Assembly (NCBI GenBank): GCA_016186705.1
Contig: JACPLB010000006.1
Coordinates: 16,325-80,324, forward strand
Reading direction: 5' to 3'
Origin: Candidatus Kaiserbacteria bacterium
GTDB taxonomy: Bacteria; Patescibacteriota; Minisyncoccia; Phycocordibacterales; JABMNX01
DNA length: 64,000 nucleotides
This document shows positions 18,249 to 28,008 of the stretch, piece after piece. The notes beneath the pieces are model-generated. The model was not told the DNA's origin and searched no databases. It saw only the letters and a list, made by a program, of their open reading frames with translations. Made by a program: the position numbers and the translations under genes. Each line of letters starts with the position of its first letter. Position 1 is the first letter of the stretch.

Positions 18249-19004
18249 TCACTCAAGAAGAACAAGCGCGAACATAAGCCCGAAACCGATAATAATCGCG
18301 ATAAATTGAAGCAATGACTTTTTTATTCCGGATGTTTTGTGGAGTTCCGGCACAAGATCGGAGCCGGCAATGTAGAGAAACGAGCCGGCGGCGAGTGCAA
18401 TGAGCGCGGGGGTAATATTTTGACTTGCATCTCCAATGAGGAGAGCGACTCCCGCTCCGAGCACTGCAGCGAGAGCGGAAAGGAAGTTTACCAGAAGGGC
18501 TTTTGCTCGAGTATAACCGGCGTGAATCAAGACGCCAAAATCACCGATTTCCTGCGGAATCTCATGGAGAATAATAGCAATTGTTGTCGCAATGCCTACC
18601 TCGATACTTACCATGTACGCCGCCGCGATAATAACTCCATCGAGGAAGTTATGCACTCCGTCTGAAAAAAGCACAATCGGTCCAAGCGGTGTAATGCGGT
18701 GCCCATCGTCGTGTCCGTTTATGCCGTGCGAGTGACGCCAGTGAAGAAATTTTTCGAGTACGAAGAATATGAAAATGCCAATGATAATGAAGAGCGCGGC
18801 GAAGGTTGGACTTTCAAACTCCTCAAACGCTTCCGGAATGAGGTGGATAATCGCGTCGCCAAAGAGCGCTCCAACGGCGAGACTCACAAGAAAGAAGACC
18901 GAGCGATTCAGTACATCTCTGTTAAGCGAGATGGTAAACGTTCCGACAAGCGAAATGAGACTGACCACTAAAACGCTTATCAATGTATACGCGATGATTG
19001 ACAT
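18249..19004 (-). CDS. ZIP-family metal transporter
   Basis: HLIPE, His-rich loop, DGVHNFLDG, HEIPQEIGDF. Confidence 0.95.
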   Translation of the reverse strand: MSIIAYTLISVLVVSLISLVGTFTISLNRDVLNRSVFFLVSLAVGALFGDAIIHLIPEAFEEFESPTFAALFIIIGIFIFFVLEKFLHWRHSHGINGHDDGHRITPLGPIVLFSDGVHNFLDGVIIAAAYMVSIEVGIATTIAIILHEIPQEIGDFGVLIHAGYTRAKALLVNFLSALAAVLGAGVALLIGDASQNITPALIALAAGSFLYIAGSDLVPELHKTSGIKKSLLQFIAIIIGFGLMFALVLLE

Positions 19005-19075
19005 AATTACGCTATACTAGCACACTCTTTTATTTTTCTGCTATACTATGCACGTATATTTAGAAGAAAAATACT

Positions 19076-19897
19076 ATGGAAAATCACATAAACGAAGGAA
19101 GGCATATGTTTGAACACTTGCACCACAAAAAGATGCGCGGAGCAGTCGTGGTTACGCTCGCGCTTCTCTCATTGTTTCTTGTTGCGAAGATAATTACTGA
19201 AGTACGCGAGTGGAGCTACATCGGCTCGGGCATCGCGCCGACAAATGTCGTTACCGTGCAGGGAACAGGAGAGGTGTTCGCGGTACCGGATACTGCAACA
19301 TTTTCATTTTCCGTGATTGAAGAAGGGGATACTGCCGAAGCGGTACAAGAGAAAGCTGCGGAAGTTGCGAATAATGCCATCGGGTATCTCAAAGAAAATG
19401 GGGTGGAAGAGAAAGACATAAAAACAATCGGATATAATGTGTATCCTCGATACGAGCAAGAGTACATCGTGTGCATCACATACCCGTGTCCGCAGGGAGA
19501 GAGGAAGCTTGTCGGTTTTGAAATAAATCAGAGCATTGAAATCAAGGTGCGCGACACGAAGAAAGCGGGAGAACTTCTTACCGGTGTCGGCGAATTCGGC
19601 GTCGAGCAAATCAGCGGGCTCTCGTTTACCATTGACGATGAGGATGAGCTGAAACGAGAAGCGCGGCAAAAGGCAGTCACTGACGCGCAAGAAAAAGCGA
19701 AATCACTCGCGAGCGACCTCGGGGTGCATTTGGTTCGGGTGGTGAACTTCAATGAATACGAGGTGCCATTCTACGCGCGATACGAAATCGGTACAGCAGG
19801 AGCGGGATACGGAGGCGACGGGAAGGTCGTTCCTGAAATACCAACAGGGGAGAATCGCATTATGTCGCAGGTAAATATTACTTACGAGATTCGTTAA
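19076..19897 (+). CDS. SIMPL (DUF541) domain protein
   Basis: VTVQGTGEV.AVPD.A, AR.KAV.DA..KA..LA..LGV. Confidence 0.92.
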   Translation: MENHINEGRHMFEHLHHKKMRGAVVVTLALLSLFLVAKIITEVREWSYIGSGIAPTNVVTVQGTGEVFAVPDTATFSFSVIEEGDTAEAVQEKAAEVANNAIGYLKENGVEEKDIKTIGYNVYPRYEQEYIVCITYPCPQGERKLVGFEINQSIEIKVRDTKKAGELLTGVGEFGVEQISGLSFTIDDEDELKREARQKAVTDAQEKAKSLASDLGVHLVRVVNFNEYEVPFYARYEIGTAGAGYGGDGKVVPEIPTGENRIMSQVNITYEIR

Positions 19898-19916
19898 AAA
19901 GTACCCTCTCGCTTGA

Positions 19917-19947
19917 GCACACACGACCCGCAACGGGTCGTGTGTGC
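19917..19947. terminator. Hairpin terminator
   Basis: GCACACACGACCCG-CAA-CGGGTCGTGTGTGC. Confidence 0.7.
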
Positions 19948-20066
19948 GTTGTGGGAGGAGTCTCTGAAGACTATTGACTTTTCTATATAAATATGATATA
20001 CTTTAAGAAGGTACAAGTAGCTTTGGTTTAACCGCGCGAGAGTCGCGCTTAGATAAGAGGTTTCCA

Positions 20067-20564
20067 ATGTCTGACAAGAATTTTTTCGGAGTACTCAAAA
20101 CTCTGAATCTTTCGTCCTTTTGGACAAATGCTCCAAAGAGGGCGACACTCAAAGAGTGCCGGACTTTTGCGCAACAACACGGCATCAGACTCCCCACAGG
20201 CGTTCCGCAGAGCAAGGAGGCGTTCGTGACGCTCTTCATGCTCTGCCATCTGACGCCGTGCGGTCTCGTGGATCTCAATAAAATCAAGCTTCCACAGAAG
20301 CATCTGGACGCTCTCGTTGCCATAAGCAATGAGAGAGACCAAAAACGTCACAGCAAGAAGAAGAGTCGCTTCGTCGGACGCAAGAAAAACACGCTGTCTT
20401 CGGCTCCGAAGCCGTGTTCGACAAAACGACCTGTTTCAAGGTCGCAGAGTTCGCCGAAACAGCAGGTTGTCATTCGAGTCCGACCCGGCTGGCCGTCAGG
20501 GTTCACTCCCGAAGGACAGCAGGTTCGTGCTCCGCAGTTCGGGTATAGATTTTACCGAGCTTGA
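20067..20564 (+). CDS. Hypothetical basic protein (stand-alone ORFan)
   Basis: TTGACT-17-TATACT promoter (19974-20002), SD GAGG, downstream hairpin 20572-20605. Confidence 0.6.
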   Translation: MSDKNFFGVLKTLNLSSFWTNAPKRATLKECRTFAQQHGIRLPTGVPQSKEAFVTLFMLCHLTPCGLVDLNKIKLPQKHLDALVAISNERDQKRHSKKKSRFVGRKKNTLSSAPKPCSTKRPVSRSQSSPKQQVVIRVRPGWPSGFTPEGQQVRAPQFGYRFYRA

Positions 20565-20841
20565 TTGCACCAACCCGTGGGGACGCATTTGTGTCCCCAC
20601 GGGTTAAGTCTTTTTGACTTTTTTTATAGTCATGCTAGGATGTAGCAAACGCCCCGGAAGGGGTTTTTTGATAGAAAATTAAGGAGCGTTGGCGACTATA
20701 ATTTTCATCACCCCTCACTTGGGGGTTACATATAGTTTTCTTAGTTTTCTGAAGTTAGAAATACCAAGACGTCTTGAATAAATATCCAAGTGAGGGGTTA
20801 AGATTTGTTAATTCATTACCATTCACAATCAAATCTAAGAT

Positions 20842-21021
20842 ATGAAACGATTATTTCAGTATTTCAAAGACACGCGGGGCGAGTTTAAACATGTCTCATG
20901 GCCGACGACGAAGCAGTCAACGATTTTTACCATTCTTGTTATTGCCATTTCCCTCATCGTCGCCGCACTCCTCGGCTTCTTTGATTTTATATTTACCAAT
21001 CTACTTAATATTTTCATTTAA
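20842..21021 (+). CDS. secE: Preprotein translocase subunit SecE (missing from the ORF track)
   Basis: Manual translation MKRLFQYFKDTRGEFKHVSWPTTKQSTIFTILVIAISLIVAALLGFFDFIF...; immediately before nusG. Confidence 0.95.
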   Translation: MKRLFQYFKDTRGEFKHVSWPTTKQSTIFTILVIAISLIVAALLGFFDFIFTNLLNIFI

Positions 21022-21023
21022 GT

Positions 21024-21569
21024 ATGGGAAAGCAATTCGGAGACAAAGGACGCCATTGGTACGCAATACATACCTACGCCGGATACGAAAATGCGGTTGA
21101 GCGCAATCTAAAACAGCGCATTGATTCGCTCGGCATGGAAGAAAAAATTTTTGACGTCGTCGTGCCGACTGAAAAGAAAGTAAAAATCAAAGGCGGAAAA
21201 CGAGTTGAAGAGAACGAGAAAATCTATCCCGGGTATGTGCTTGTTGATATGATTGTAACGGATGATTCATGGTACGTGGTGCGCAACACCCCGCGCGTTA
21301 CCGGTTTTGTCGGTTCAGGCACCCAGCCGGTACCCCTCACGCAGAAAGAAATTGATGAGCTCTTCTCCCGCATGCATTCGGACACTGTCAAGCACAAGAT
21401 TGACTTCAGTCCCGGCGACGTTGTCTCTATCGTTGACGGACCATTCAAGGAGCTTGAAGGGAAAATTGGAGACATTGACGAGGAACGCGGCAAGGTAAAA
21501 GTCCTCGTGCCGATGTTCGGGCGCGAAACGCCCGTGGAGCTTGACTTCTTGCAGGTTAAAAAGATTTAG
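21024..21569 (+). CDS. nusG: Transcription factor NusG
   Basis: WYAIHTYAGYE, YPGYVLV, VRNTPRVTGFVG, KOW, FGRETPVEL. Confidence 0.98.
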   Translation: MGKQFGDKGRHWYAIHTYAGYENAVERNLKQRIDSLGMEEKIFDVVVPTEKKVKIKGGKRVEENEKIYPGYVLVDMIVTDDSWYVVRNTPRVTGFVGSGTQPVPLTQKEIDELFSRMHSDTVKHKIDFSPGDVVSIVDGPFKELEGKIGDIDEERGKVKVLVPMFGRETPVELDFLQVKKI

Positions 21570-21596
21570 GTATATTAATGTCACGCAATCTCTAAT

Positions 21597-22022
21597 ATGA
21601 CAACAAAAAAGATAATGCGGAAACTAAAGCTCCAGATACAAGCGGGCAAAGCGACGCCCGCGCCTCCTGTCGGAACGACACTCGGTCCCGTGGGAATTAA
21701 CATCGGAGACTTTGTCAGCCGGTTTAATGAAAAAACGAGAGAGATGGGAAATGATGTCATCCCGGTAGAACTCACTGTCTACGAAGACCGAACGTTTGAC
21801 TTTATTCTCAAGACCCCGCCCGCGTCGCGGCTTCTTTTAAAGATGCTCGGACAGGAAAAAGGTTCAGGAAAAAATGTGTTGAGCAAAGTCGGCACGCTCA
21901 CGAAACAGCAGGTTGAGGAAGTCGCAAAACAAAAAATGCCGGACCTCAACACGAAAGACCTTGAAAAGGCGACAAAAATCATTGCCGGAACTGCGCGGTC
22001 AATGGGAATTGAAATAAAATAA
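21597..22022 (+). CDS. rplK: 50S ribosomal protein L11
   Basis: KLQIQAGKATPAPPVG, KTPPAS, IAGTARSMGI. Confidence 0.98.
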   Translation: MTTKKIMRKLKLQIQAGKATPAPPVGTTLGPVGINIGDFVSRFNEKTREMGNDVIPVELTVYEDRTFDFILKTPPASRLLLKMLGQEKGSGKNVLSKVGTLTKQQVEEVAKQKMPDLNTKDLEKATKIIAGTARSMGIEIK

Positions 22023-22075
22023 ATTCTTTTGCACCAACATCTCTTCTGTAAGGGCTGTTTCATGCACGCACAGAC

Positions 22076-22912
22076 ATGATTATTAACGGTGTTTCTATTG
22101 CTCAAGACATTCTTAATACCTTAAACCGGGAAATTAAGGGGTTCAAAGCGCCCATACAGCTCGTTGTTTTTACTGTCGGCTCCGAACCTGCAACTGAACA
22201 GTTTATTGCCCTAAAAAAGAAACACGGTGAGCGTATCGGCATGCGAGTTTCTATAGAGCGTCTTCCTGAGAATGTTGATACGGAATTATTTATACAACAC
22301 CTTCAAACAAAAGCCGCAGACAAAAGCGTGCACGGAATCGTTGTACAGTTACCGCTTCCGCCGCATCTTGATGTCAAAAGGATTCTTGCGCACATCCCTC
22401 TCGCAAAAGACGTTGACGTCCTCTCTTTCAGAAGCAAACAATTATTTAAGGAAGGCACTCTTGATATTCTTCCGCCGGTTGTCGGGAGCATGAGCGAAAT
22501 CTTCCGTCGAGAAGGAGTGGATGTAAAAGGGAAGCGGGCGCTTATCATCGGAAAAGGACCTCTCGTTGGAGAACCTGCCGGTGTGTGGCTTAAGAGCAAG
22601 GGAGCAGAAGTTACTATTGTCGACAACAATGTAAAAAATCTTGCCGCATACACGACAACTGCGGACATCATCGTCTCCGGTGCGGGTGTCCCCAACCTTA
22701 TCACTTCGGAGATGATTCCGAACGGTGTCATTCTTTTTGACGTCGGTACAAGTGAATTAAGGGGGAAACTTTTAGGGGACGCGGATCCCGCCTGTGCTTC
22801 AAAATGCAGCATTTTTACACCGGTACCGAAGGGAATCGGCCCGATTACCGTCGCCATGCTTCTCAAGAACGTACTGTTGCGCGCTCCTCAAGAGTTGTCT
22901 TCTCCAAGGTAA
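22076..22912 (+). CDS. folD: Methylenetetrahydrofolate dehydrogenase/cyclohydrolase
   Basis: HGIVVQLPLP, KDVD, TPVPKGIGPITVAML. Confidence 0.93.
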   Translation: MIINGVSIAQDILNTLNREIKGFKAPIQLVVFTVGSEPATEQFIALKKKHGERIGMRVSIERLPENVDTELFIQHLQTKAADKSVHGIVVQLPLPPHLDVKRILAHIPLAKDVDVLSFRSKQLFKEGTLDILPPVVGSMSEIFRREGVDVKGKRALIIGKGPLVGEPAGVWLKSKGAEVTIVDNNVKNLAAYTTTADIIVSGAGVPNLITSEMIPNGVILFDVGTSELRGKLLGDADPACASKCSIFTPVPKGIGPITVAMLLKNVLLRAPQELSSPR

Positions 22913-23393
22913 CCCACGAGTAATACAATCCTGTTTTTTTGTCAAAACGCCGCTCCTCGGCTGTTTTTTTTGTGAACACATCTTCAAACGGCGGGAAAAA
23001 CGTATCAGCACCTTCATCCTCTGCTTCTATAACGGTGAGATAAAGCCGTTCGATAAAGGGAAGCGCTTCCTCATACACCCGCCCGCCACCGAATATAAAA
23101 ATCTCATCTCGCTCGACTTCTCTTGCCCTCTCAAGTGCCTCTTTCAGTGACGTGCTCAAAATGATACCGTCTGCTTTAAAACCAGGATTGCCGCTGATGA
23201 CGATATTGGTGCGATGAGGAAGCGGTCTGCCGATAGATTCAAAATTCTTGCGCCCCATCACGATTGTATGTCCTGTCGTCAACTCCTTGACGCGTTTAAG
23301 GTCGTCTGAAATACGCCAAATAAGCCGATTATTCTTCCCAAGCTCCCGACGCCTTCCGATTGCCGCAACAGCGCTTATACGAGGAGAATACAT
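22863..23393 (-). CDS. folA: Dihydrofolate reductase
   Basis: LGKNNRLIW...DL, MGRKNFESIGRPLPHRTNIV, FIFGGG.VY, DTFFP; start re-assigned; 50-bp convergent overlap with folD. Confidence 0.95.
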   Translation of the reverse strand: MYSPRISAVAAIGRRRELGKNNRLIWRISDDLKRVKELTTGHTIVMGRKNFESIGRPLPHRTNIVISGNPGFKADGIILSTSLKEALERAREVERDEIFIFGGGRVYEEALPFIERLYLTVIEAEDEGADTFFPPFEDVFTKKTAEERRFDKKTGLYYSWVTLEKTTLEERATVRS

Positions 23394-23468
23394 GCGGAAA
23401 ATTATACCATCGAAATATTGCGAAGTCTTTATTGGAGGAGTCTGATGTCCCGCGTTATACTGTGGGTC

Positions 23469-24143
23469 ATGCATTCGTACGAAATTGAAATCAAATCACT
23501 CCTTGGGTCTTCAGAACACGCGGAAAAATTGCGTCAAAAAATGAAAGAAGTTGACTCACAAACCGCATTGCTCTCGCGCCACAAACAGCTCAACCACTAT
23601 TTTACCGCCGGTGATGTCAAAAAACTCGCTCCATTGGTAGCGCAAAAACTCTCAAAGAAAAATCGGAAAGAACTTCAGACGATGATAGAAAAAGGAAGTG
23701 AGTTCTCGGTACGCACTCGGGAGGCAGATGGCGACGTGCTTTTGGTGGTAAAAGCGTCGATTGACGAAGGGACAAGTTCAAATACCGTCTCACGCATTGA
23801 GTTTGAAGCTCCGGTTCCCATAACTCTCGATGCTCTTGACCGGCTTGTCCTTGACGCCGGTTTTTCGTATCAGGCAAAATGGTCGCGCGAACGCGAAGAG
23901 TACGTCTGCAAAGGCGCTCATGTGTGCATTGATAGAAACGCCGGCTACGGGTATGTAGCAGAATTTGAAAAAGTCATCGACAACGAAACAGATACAAAAC
24001 GAGCAAAAGAAGAGCTTCATAGACTTATGAAGCTTTTGAACGCGGAGGAATTGCCCCAAGACAGGCTTGAACGGATGTTTGCGCACTATAATGCACACTG
24101 GCAGGAATATTACGGGACTGATAAAGTATTTGTAATTAAGTAA
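23469..24143 (+). CDS. CYTH/triphosphate tunnel metalloenzyme family protein
   Basis: N-terminal EIEIK (ExExK), Q.NHYF, R.R, RIEFE, R.REEY, GYVAEFE. Confidence 0.85.
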   Translation: MHSYEIEIKSLLGSSEHAEKLRQKMKEVDSQTALLSRHKQLNHYFTAGDVKKLAPLVAQKLSKKNRKELQTMIEKGSEFSVRTREADGDVLLVVKASIDEGTSSNTVSRIEFEAPVPITLDALDRLVLDAGFSYQAKWSREREEYVCKGAHVCIDRNAGYGYVAEFEKVIDNETDTKRAKEELHRLMKLLNAEELPQDRLERMFAHYNAHWQEYYGTDKVFVIK

Positions 24144-24145
24144 TC

Positions 24146-24724
24146 ATGATTCTTTCAGACAGAGATATTACAAGGTCGGTGAAGAACGGCGACATCACAA
24201 TACGACCGTTTGAGAAGAGGCGTGTCCAGCCGGCAAGTTATGACATTCTCCTCGGTAACAGGTTTGTCGTGAATAACACGAACATCACGCACATGATTGA
24301 CCCAACGAGGAAAAAGTACGCACAGACGCATGAAATTATCGTTAAAGATGGAAAAGAATTCGTACTCCATCCCGGAGTGTCAGTACTCGGCATATCAAAA
24401 GATTTCTTAGGCTCCGATAAATATCTTATTCAATTGGGAGGCAAAAGCTCGCTCGCGCGCATCGGGCTTTTGGTGCACAACACCGCCGGGCTTGTTAATC
24501 CCGGACATTACCTTAACGTTACGCTTGAACTCTGCAACCTCAACAACGTACCGATTATTTTGCGTCCCGGGATGGAGATTGCGCAGGTAACATTTTCAAT
24601 GATGAGCACACCTCCGCAACAAAGTTACAATGAAGTCGGGCGCTACTCCGAAGACAACTGGTCAAATCACTTTGTTTCCAAACGTAAAAAACATACCGGC
24701 GGGAAAAGCAGGAAAAAGAAATAA
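24146..24724 (+). CDS. dcd: dCTP deaminase
   Basis: MILSDRDI, QPASYD, GKSSLARIGL.VH.TAG, TLEL, IAQV.F. Confidence 0.95.
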   Translation: MILSDRDITRSVKNGDITIRPFEKRRVQPASYDILLGNRFVVNNTNITHMIDPTRKKYAQTHEIIVKDGKEFVLHPGVSVLGISKDFLGSDKYLIQLGGKSSLARIGLLVHNTAGLVNPGHYLNVTLELCNLNNVPIILRPGMEIAQVTFSMMSTPPQQSYNEVGRYSEDNWSNHFVSKRKKHTGGKSRKKK

Positions 24725-24728
24725 TCAT

Positions 24729-25706
24729 ATGAACGCAAGACATCCCGAGCATCAATATCTCGACCTCCTCAAGGAGATTGTTGAAAAAGGCGACCGGCAG
24801 GTGGACCAAGGCCACGGTAAGGCGACGCACGGAGTGTTCGGGCGGCAGATTCGCTTCAACCTCGCGGACAGCTTTCCGCTTTTGACGACTAAAAAGGTGT
24901 ATTGGAAAGGAGTGCTCCACGAGCTCTATTGGTTTTTAAGCGGGCAAACGAACATCAAATACTTAGTTGACAACAATGTGCACATTTGGGATGACTATCC
25001 TTTTTATATATACAAAGAGGAAGCGGAAAAAGGAACATACCCGGAAATGGCCAAAGAAGAATTTGTTGCAAAAATTGCGGAAGATGAAGCTTTTGCGCGC
25101 AAACATGGAAATCTCCCGCATTGCTACGGCGAGATGTGGCGCGCGTGGCCGGCAAAAGACGGGCGCTCAATTGACCAGCTTGCATGGGCGGTTGAGGAAC
25201 TGCGCGCTGACCCAGGGTGCCATAATGCCATTGTAACGGCATGGAATCCCGAATACCTCTACGCAATGGCAAAAAAAGGAGAAGCAAGTCGTTTTCCAAT
25301 CTGCCACAACATGTACCAGATGAATATAAAGAATGGAAAAGTGTCGCTCCAGCTCTATCAGCGGAGTGCCGACATATTCTTAGGCGTGCCGTTTAACATC
25401 GCAAGCTACGCGCTTCTGTGCCATATCGTTGCGCACATTCTTGGACGTGAAGTTGGCGAGTTTGTACACACGTTCGGCGACGTACACATTTATGAGGACC
25501 ACTTTGACGCAGTCAATCAACAACTCACCAGAGAGCCAAAGCCGTTTCCTACCGTTTCAATCTCAAAAGACGCGACATCGCTTGAAAATTTTAAACCGGC
25601 ACACGTCTCGCTTCTTGGATATGAGCCGCACGAGACCATTCGGGCAGACCTTACGGTCGCAGGCTTGCGGAGCGCTGATAATAAGCCAACGGGAGTAGGT
25701 CATTAA
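24729..25706 (+). CDS. thyA: Thymidylate synthase
   Basis: FPLLTTKK, ELYWFLSG, PICH, YQRSADIFLGVPFNIASY, GDVHIY. Confidence 0.97.
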   Translation: MNARHPEHQYLDLLKEIVEKGDRQVDQGHGKATHGVFGRQIRFNLADSFPLLTTKKVYWKGVLHELYWFLSGQTNIKYLVDNNVHIWDDYPFYIYKEEAEKGTYPEMAKEEFVAKIAEDEAFARKHGNLPHCYGEMWRAWPAKDGRSIDQLAWAVEELRADPGCHNAIVTAWNPEYLYAMAKKGEASRFPICHNMYQMNIKNGKVSLQLYQRSADIFLGVPFNIASYALLCHIVAHILGREVGEFVHTFGDVHIYEDHFDAVNQQLTREPKPFPTVSISKDATSLENFKPAHVSLLGYEPHETIRADLTVAGLRSADNKPTGVGH

Positions 25707-25717
25707 GACTATTTTGT

Positions 25718-26923
25718 ATGAAAGATAAAGAAATAGAAAAACTCATCAAGAATGAAACTTCCCGGCAGAAAAAAGTGATTAACCTCATCGCTTCGGAAAA
25801 TTTTGTTTCCAGGGATGTGTTGGCCGCGCTTGGCTCAACTCCTACGAACAAGTACGCGGAAGGGTACCCGGGGAAACGATACTACGGCGGGAATACCATA
25901 AGCGACAAAATAGAATCACTCTGTCAGAGGAGGGCGCTCAAAGCGTTTCATCTGTCGCCGAGGAAATGGGAAGTAAACGTTCAGCCCCTGTCCGGCTCGC
26001 CTGCTAATATTGCAGTCTACCTCGCACTCGTTCCACAAGGGAAGAAAATCATGGGGATGTCACTTGCCCACGGCGGACACCTCACGCACGGACACAATGT
26101 GTCGGCGGCTGGGATTTTCTGGCGGGCGGTTAAATATGAAGTTGACCCCAAAACTGAAACGCTGAACTACCGGAAACTCAAAAAACAGGCACTGAAAGAA
26201 AAGCCGGTTGTAATCGTGGCGGGCTATACTGCATACCCACGTGTCATTCATTGGAAGAAGTTCAGAGAGATTGCCGACGCGTGTGGTGCGTATCTTATGG
26301 TGGACATGTCTCATGTCGCCGGTTTGATTGCGGGAGGCGCCTTTCCGTCCCCCTTTCCGTACGCGGACATTGTAACGACGACAGTGCACAAAACACTTCG
26401 CGGTCCGCGCTCCGCGTGCATCTTTTCAAAAATTGACGACCGCCAGCTTGGAAAAAAAATTAACAAAGCGGTATTCCCGGGCCTTCAAGGAGGTCCGCAC
26501 TTAAACCAAATCGCCGCAGCGGCGGTTGCCTTTAGAGAAGCATCTCAACCGGCATTTAAGCGGTACGCGCGGCAAGTAATAAAAAATACGAAAACACTCG
26601 GTACGGAACTTCAAAAACTCGGTTGGCGTCTCGTCTCGGGCGGGACCGACAGCCACCTGTTATTGCTTGATACGTGGCTTCTTGGGAAGGGTATAGGCGG
26701 GAAAGAGGCATCGGAGTGTCTTGAGAGAGCCGGTATTATTGCGAACATGAACGCAATCCCGTTTGATACGCGCAAACCCTTTGACCCGTCCGGTATTCGG
26801 CTTGGCACTGCGGCCGAAACGACGCGGGGGAAGAAAGAGAAAGATATGAAAAAAATTGCGCGGAGGATTGACGCTGTATTGCGAAAGAGAATGAGGAAGC
26901 ATTCACAACAAAACACTTTTTAA
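25718..26923 (+). CDS. glyA: Serine hydroxymethyltransferase
   Basis: LIASENF, NKYAEGYPGKRYYGG, TTTVHKTLRGPR, FPGLQGGP. Confidence 0.98.
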   Translation: MKDKEIEKLIKNETSRQKKVINLIASENFVSRDVLAALGSTPTNKYAEGYPGKRYYGGNTISDKIESLCQRRALKAFHLSPRKWEVNVQPLSGSPANIAVYLALVPQGKKIMGMSLAHGGHLTHGHNVSAAGIFWRAVKYEVDPKTETLNYRKLKKQALKEKPVVIVAGYTAYPRVIHWKKFREIADACGAYLMVDMSHVAGLIAGGAFPSPFPYADIVTTTVHKTLRGPRSACIFSKIDDRQLGKKINKAVFPGLQGGPHLNQIAAAAVAFREASQPAFKRYARQVIKNTKTLGTELQKLGWRLVSGGTDSHLLLLDTWLLGKGIGGKEASECLERAGIIANMNAIPFDTRKPFDPSGIRLGTAAETTRGKKEKDMKKIARRIDAVLRKRMRKHSQQNTF

Positions 26924-26925
26924 AA

Positions 26926-27981
26926 GTGTGTGAAATGATTTCTTTTCTCAAAAAGCATAAAGAGCATCTGCCGGCGCTCGCGCTTGTCGCTGGGCTCGTC
27001 TGGGACGCTCTCACGCTCGGCCGTCCCGACCAGCTCTACGCGAACATGGTGCTCCTGGCCTACCTTTTAATTGCTGGTTTTTGCATCGTGCTCTTGGCAC
27101 GGCGCGAAGCGCTGAACAAGGAACAAAAACTCTTTCTGCCCATTGTCACTCAATTTTCTTTCGGCAACCTCGCCGGGGGGCTTCTGGTCCTTTACATGGG
27201 AAGCGCTACGCTCTCGGGAAACTGGCCGTTTCTCCTCATTCTTTTCGGACTTCTCGTGGGAAATGAAGTCGCGAGAACCCGCCATGCGCAAGTACGCTTT
27301 AATGTCTCCGTATACTATTTTCTCGCACTCCTTTATTTCATTCTCCTTGTTCCGATAGTGACGCGTACGATTGAATCATGGACCTTTCTTCTCAGTCTCT
27401 TTGCTAGCATTCTCTTTATCTCGGGATTTCTTCTTGTGCTTCGTTTTACCGCGAAGGATATTCTTAACAAAGACAAGGGAGTGCTCGCGCAGAGCATTTT
27501 CAGCATCGCGGTTCTCTTTAGCGCTTTTTTTTATCTCCACATTATCCCTCCTGTCCCGCTTGCTGCCCGTGACATTGGCATTTTCCACAATGTTGAGAAA
27601 ATGAATGGAAATTATGTCGTTTCGTATGAAAAAAGGGAATGGTACTCGTTCTGGAAAAAATCCGACACGGAAGCTCACATAAGAACCCCCGGAACGCTTT
27701 TCTGCTATAGCGCGGTGTTTGCCCCGACAGACATCAACATTCCTGTCTATCACGTGTGGGAAAAATTTAATGAATCACAAAAGGCGTGGGAGGAATTGGG
27801 GCGGTTTAATTTTCCAATTCTCGGCGGGCGTGAGCTCGGCTATCGCGGCTATAGCGAAAAGACCGTTACCGAGGGAGTTTGGCGCTGTTCCGTTACAACG
27901 GAGAGCGGCGCGCTTCTCGGGAGGGCGGTCACAGAGGTTGCTCCAGGAGCTTTGCGCGAATTGATTACCGAGGTGCGATAA
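26926..27981 (+). CDS. DUF2914-domain membrane protein
   Basis: Multiple TMs, IPPVPL, SAVFAP, GGRELGYRGYS.K, G.WRC.V.T. Confidence 0.8.
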   Translation: MCEMISFLKKHKEHLPALALVAGLVWDALTLGRPDQLYANMVLLAYLLIAGFCIVLLARREALNKEQKLFLPIVTQFSFGNLAGGLLVLYMGSATLSGNWPFLLILFGLLVGNEVARTRHAQVRFNVSVYYFLALLYFILLVPIVTRTIESWTFLLSLFASILFISGFLLVLRFTAKDILNKDKGVLAQSIFSIAVLFSAFFYLHIIPPVPLAARDIGIFHNVEKMNGNYVVSYEKREWYSFWKKSDTEAHIRTPGTLFCYSAVFAPTDINIPVYHVWEKFNESQKAWEELGRFNFPILGGRELGYRGYSEKTVTEGVWRCSVTTESGALLGRAVTEVAPGALRELITEVR

Positions 27982-28008
27982 AGCCCCGAATCGGCTATAT
28001 TTAGGAAC

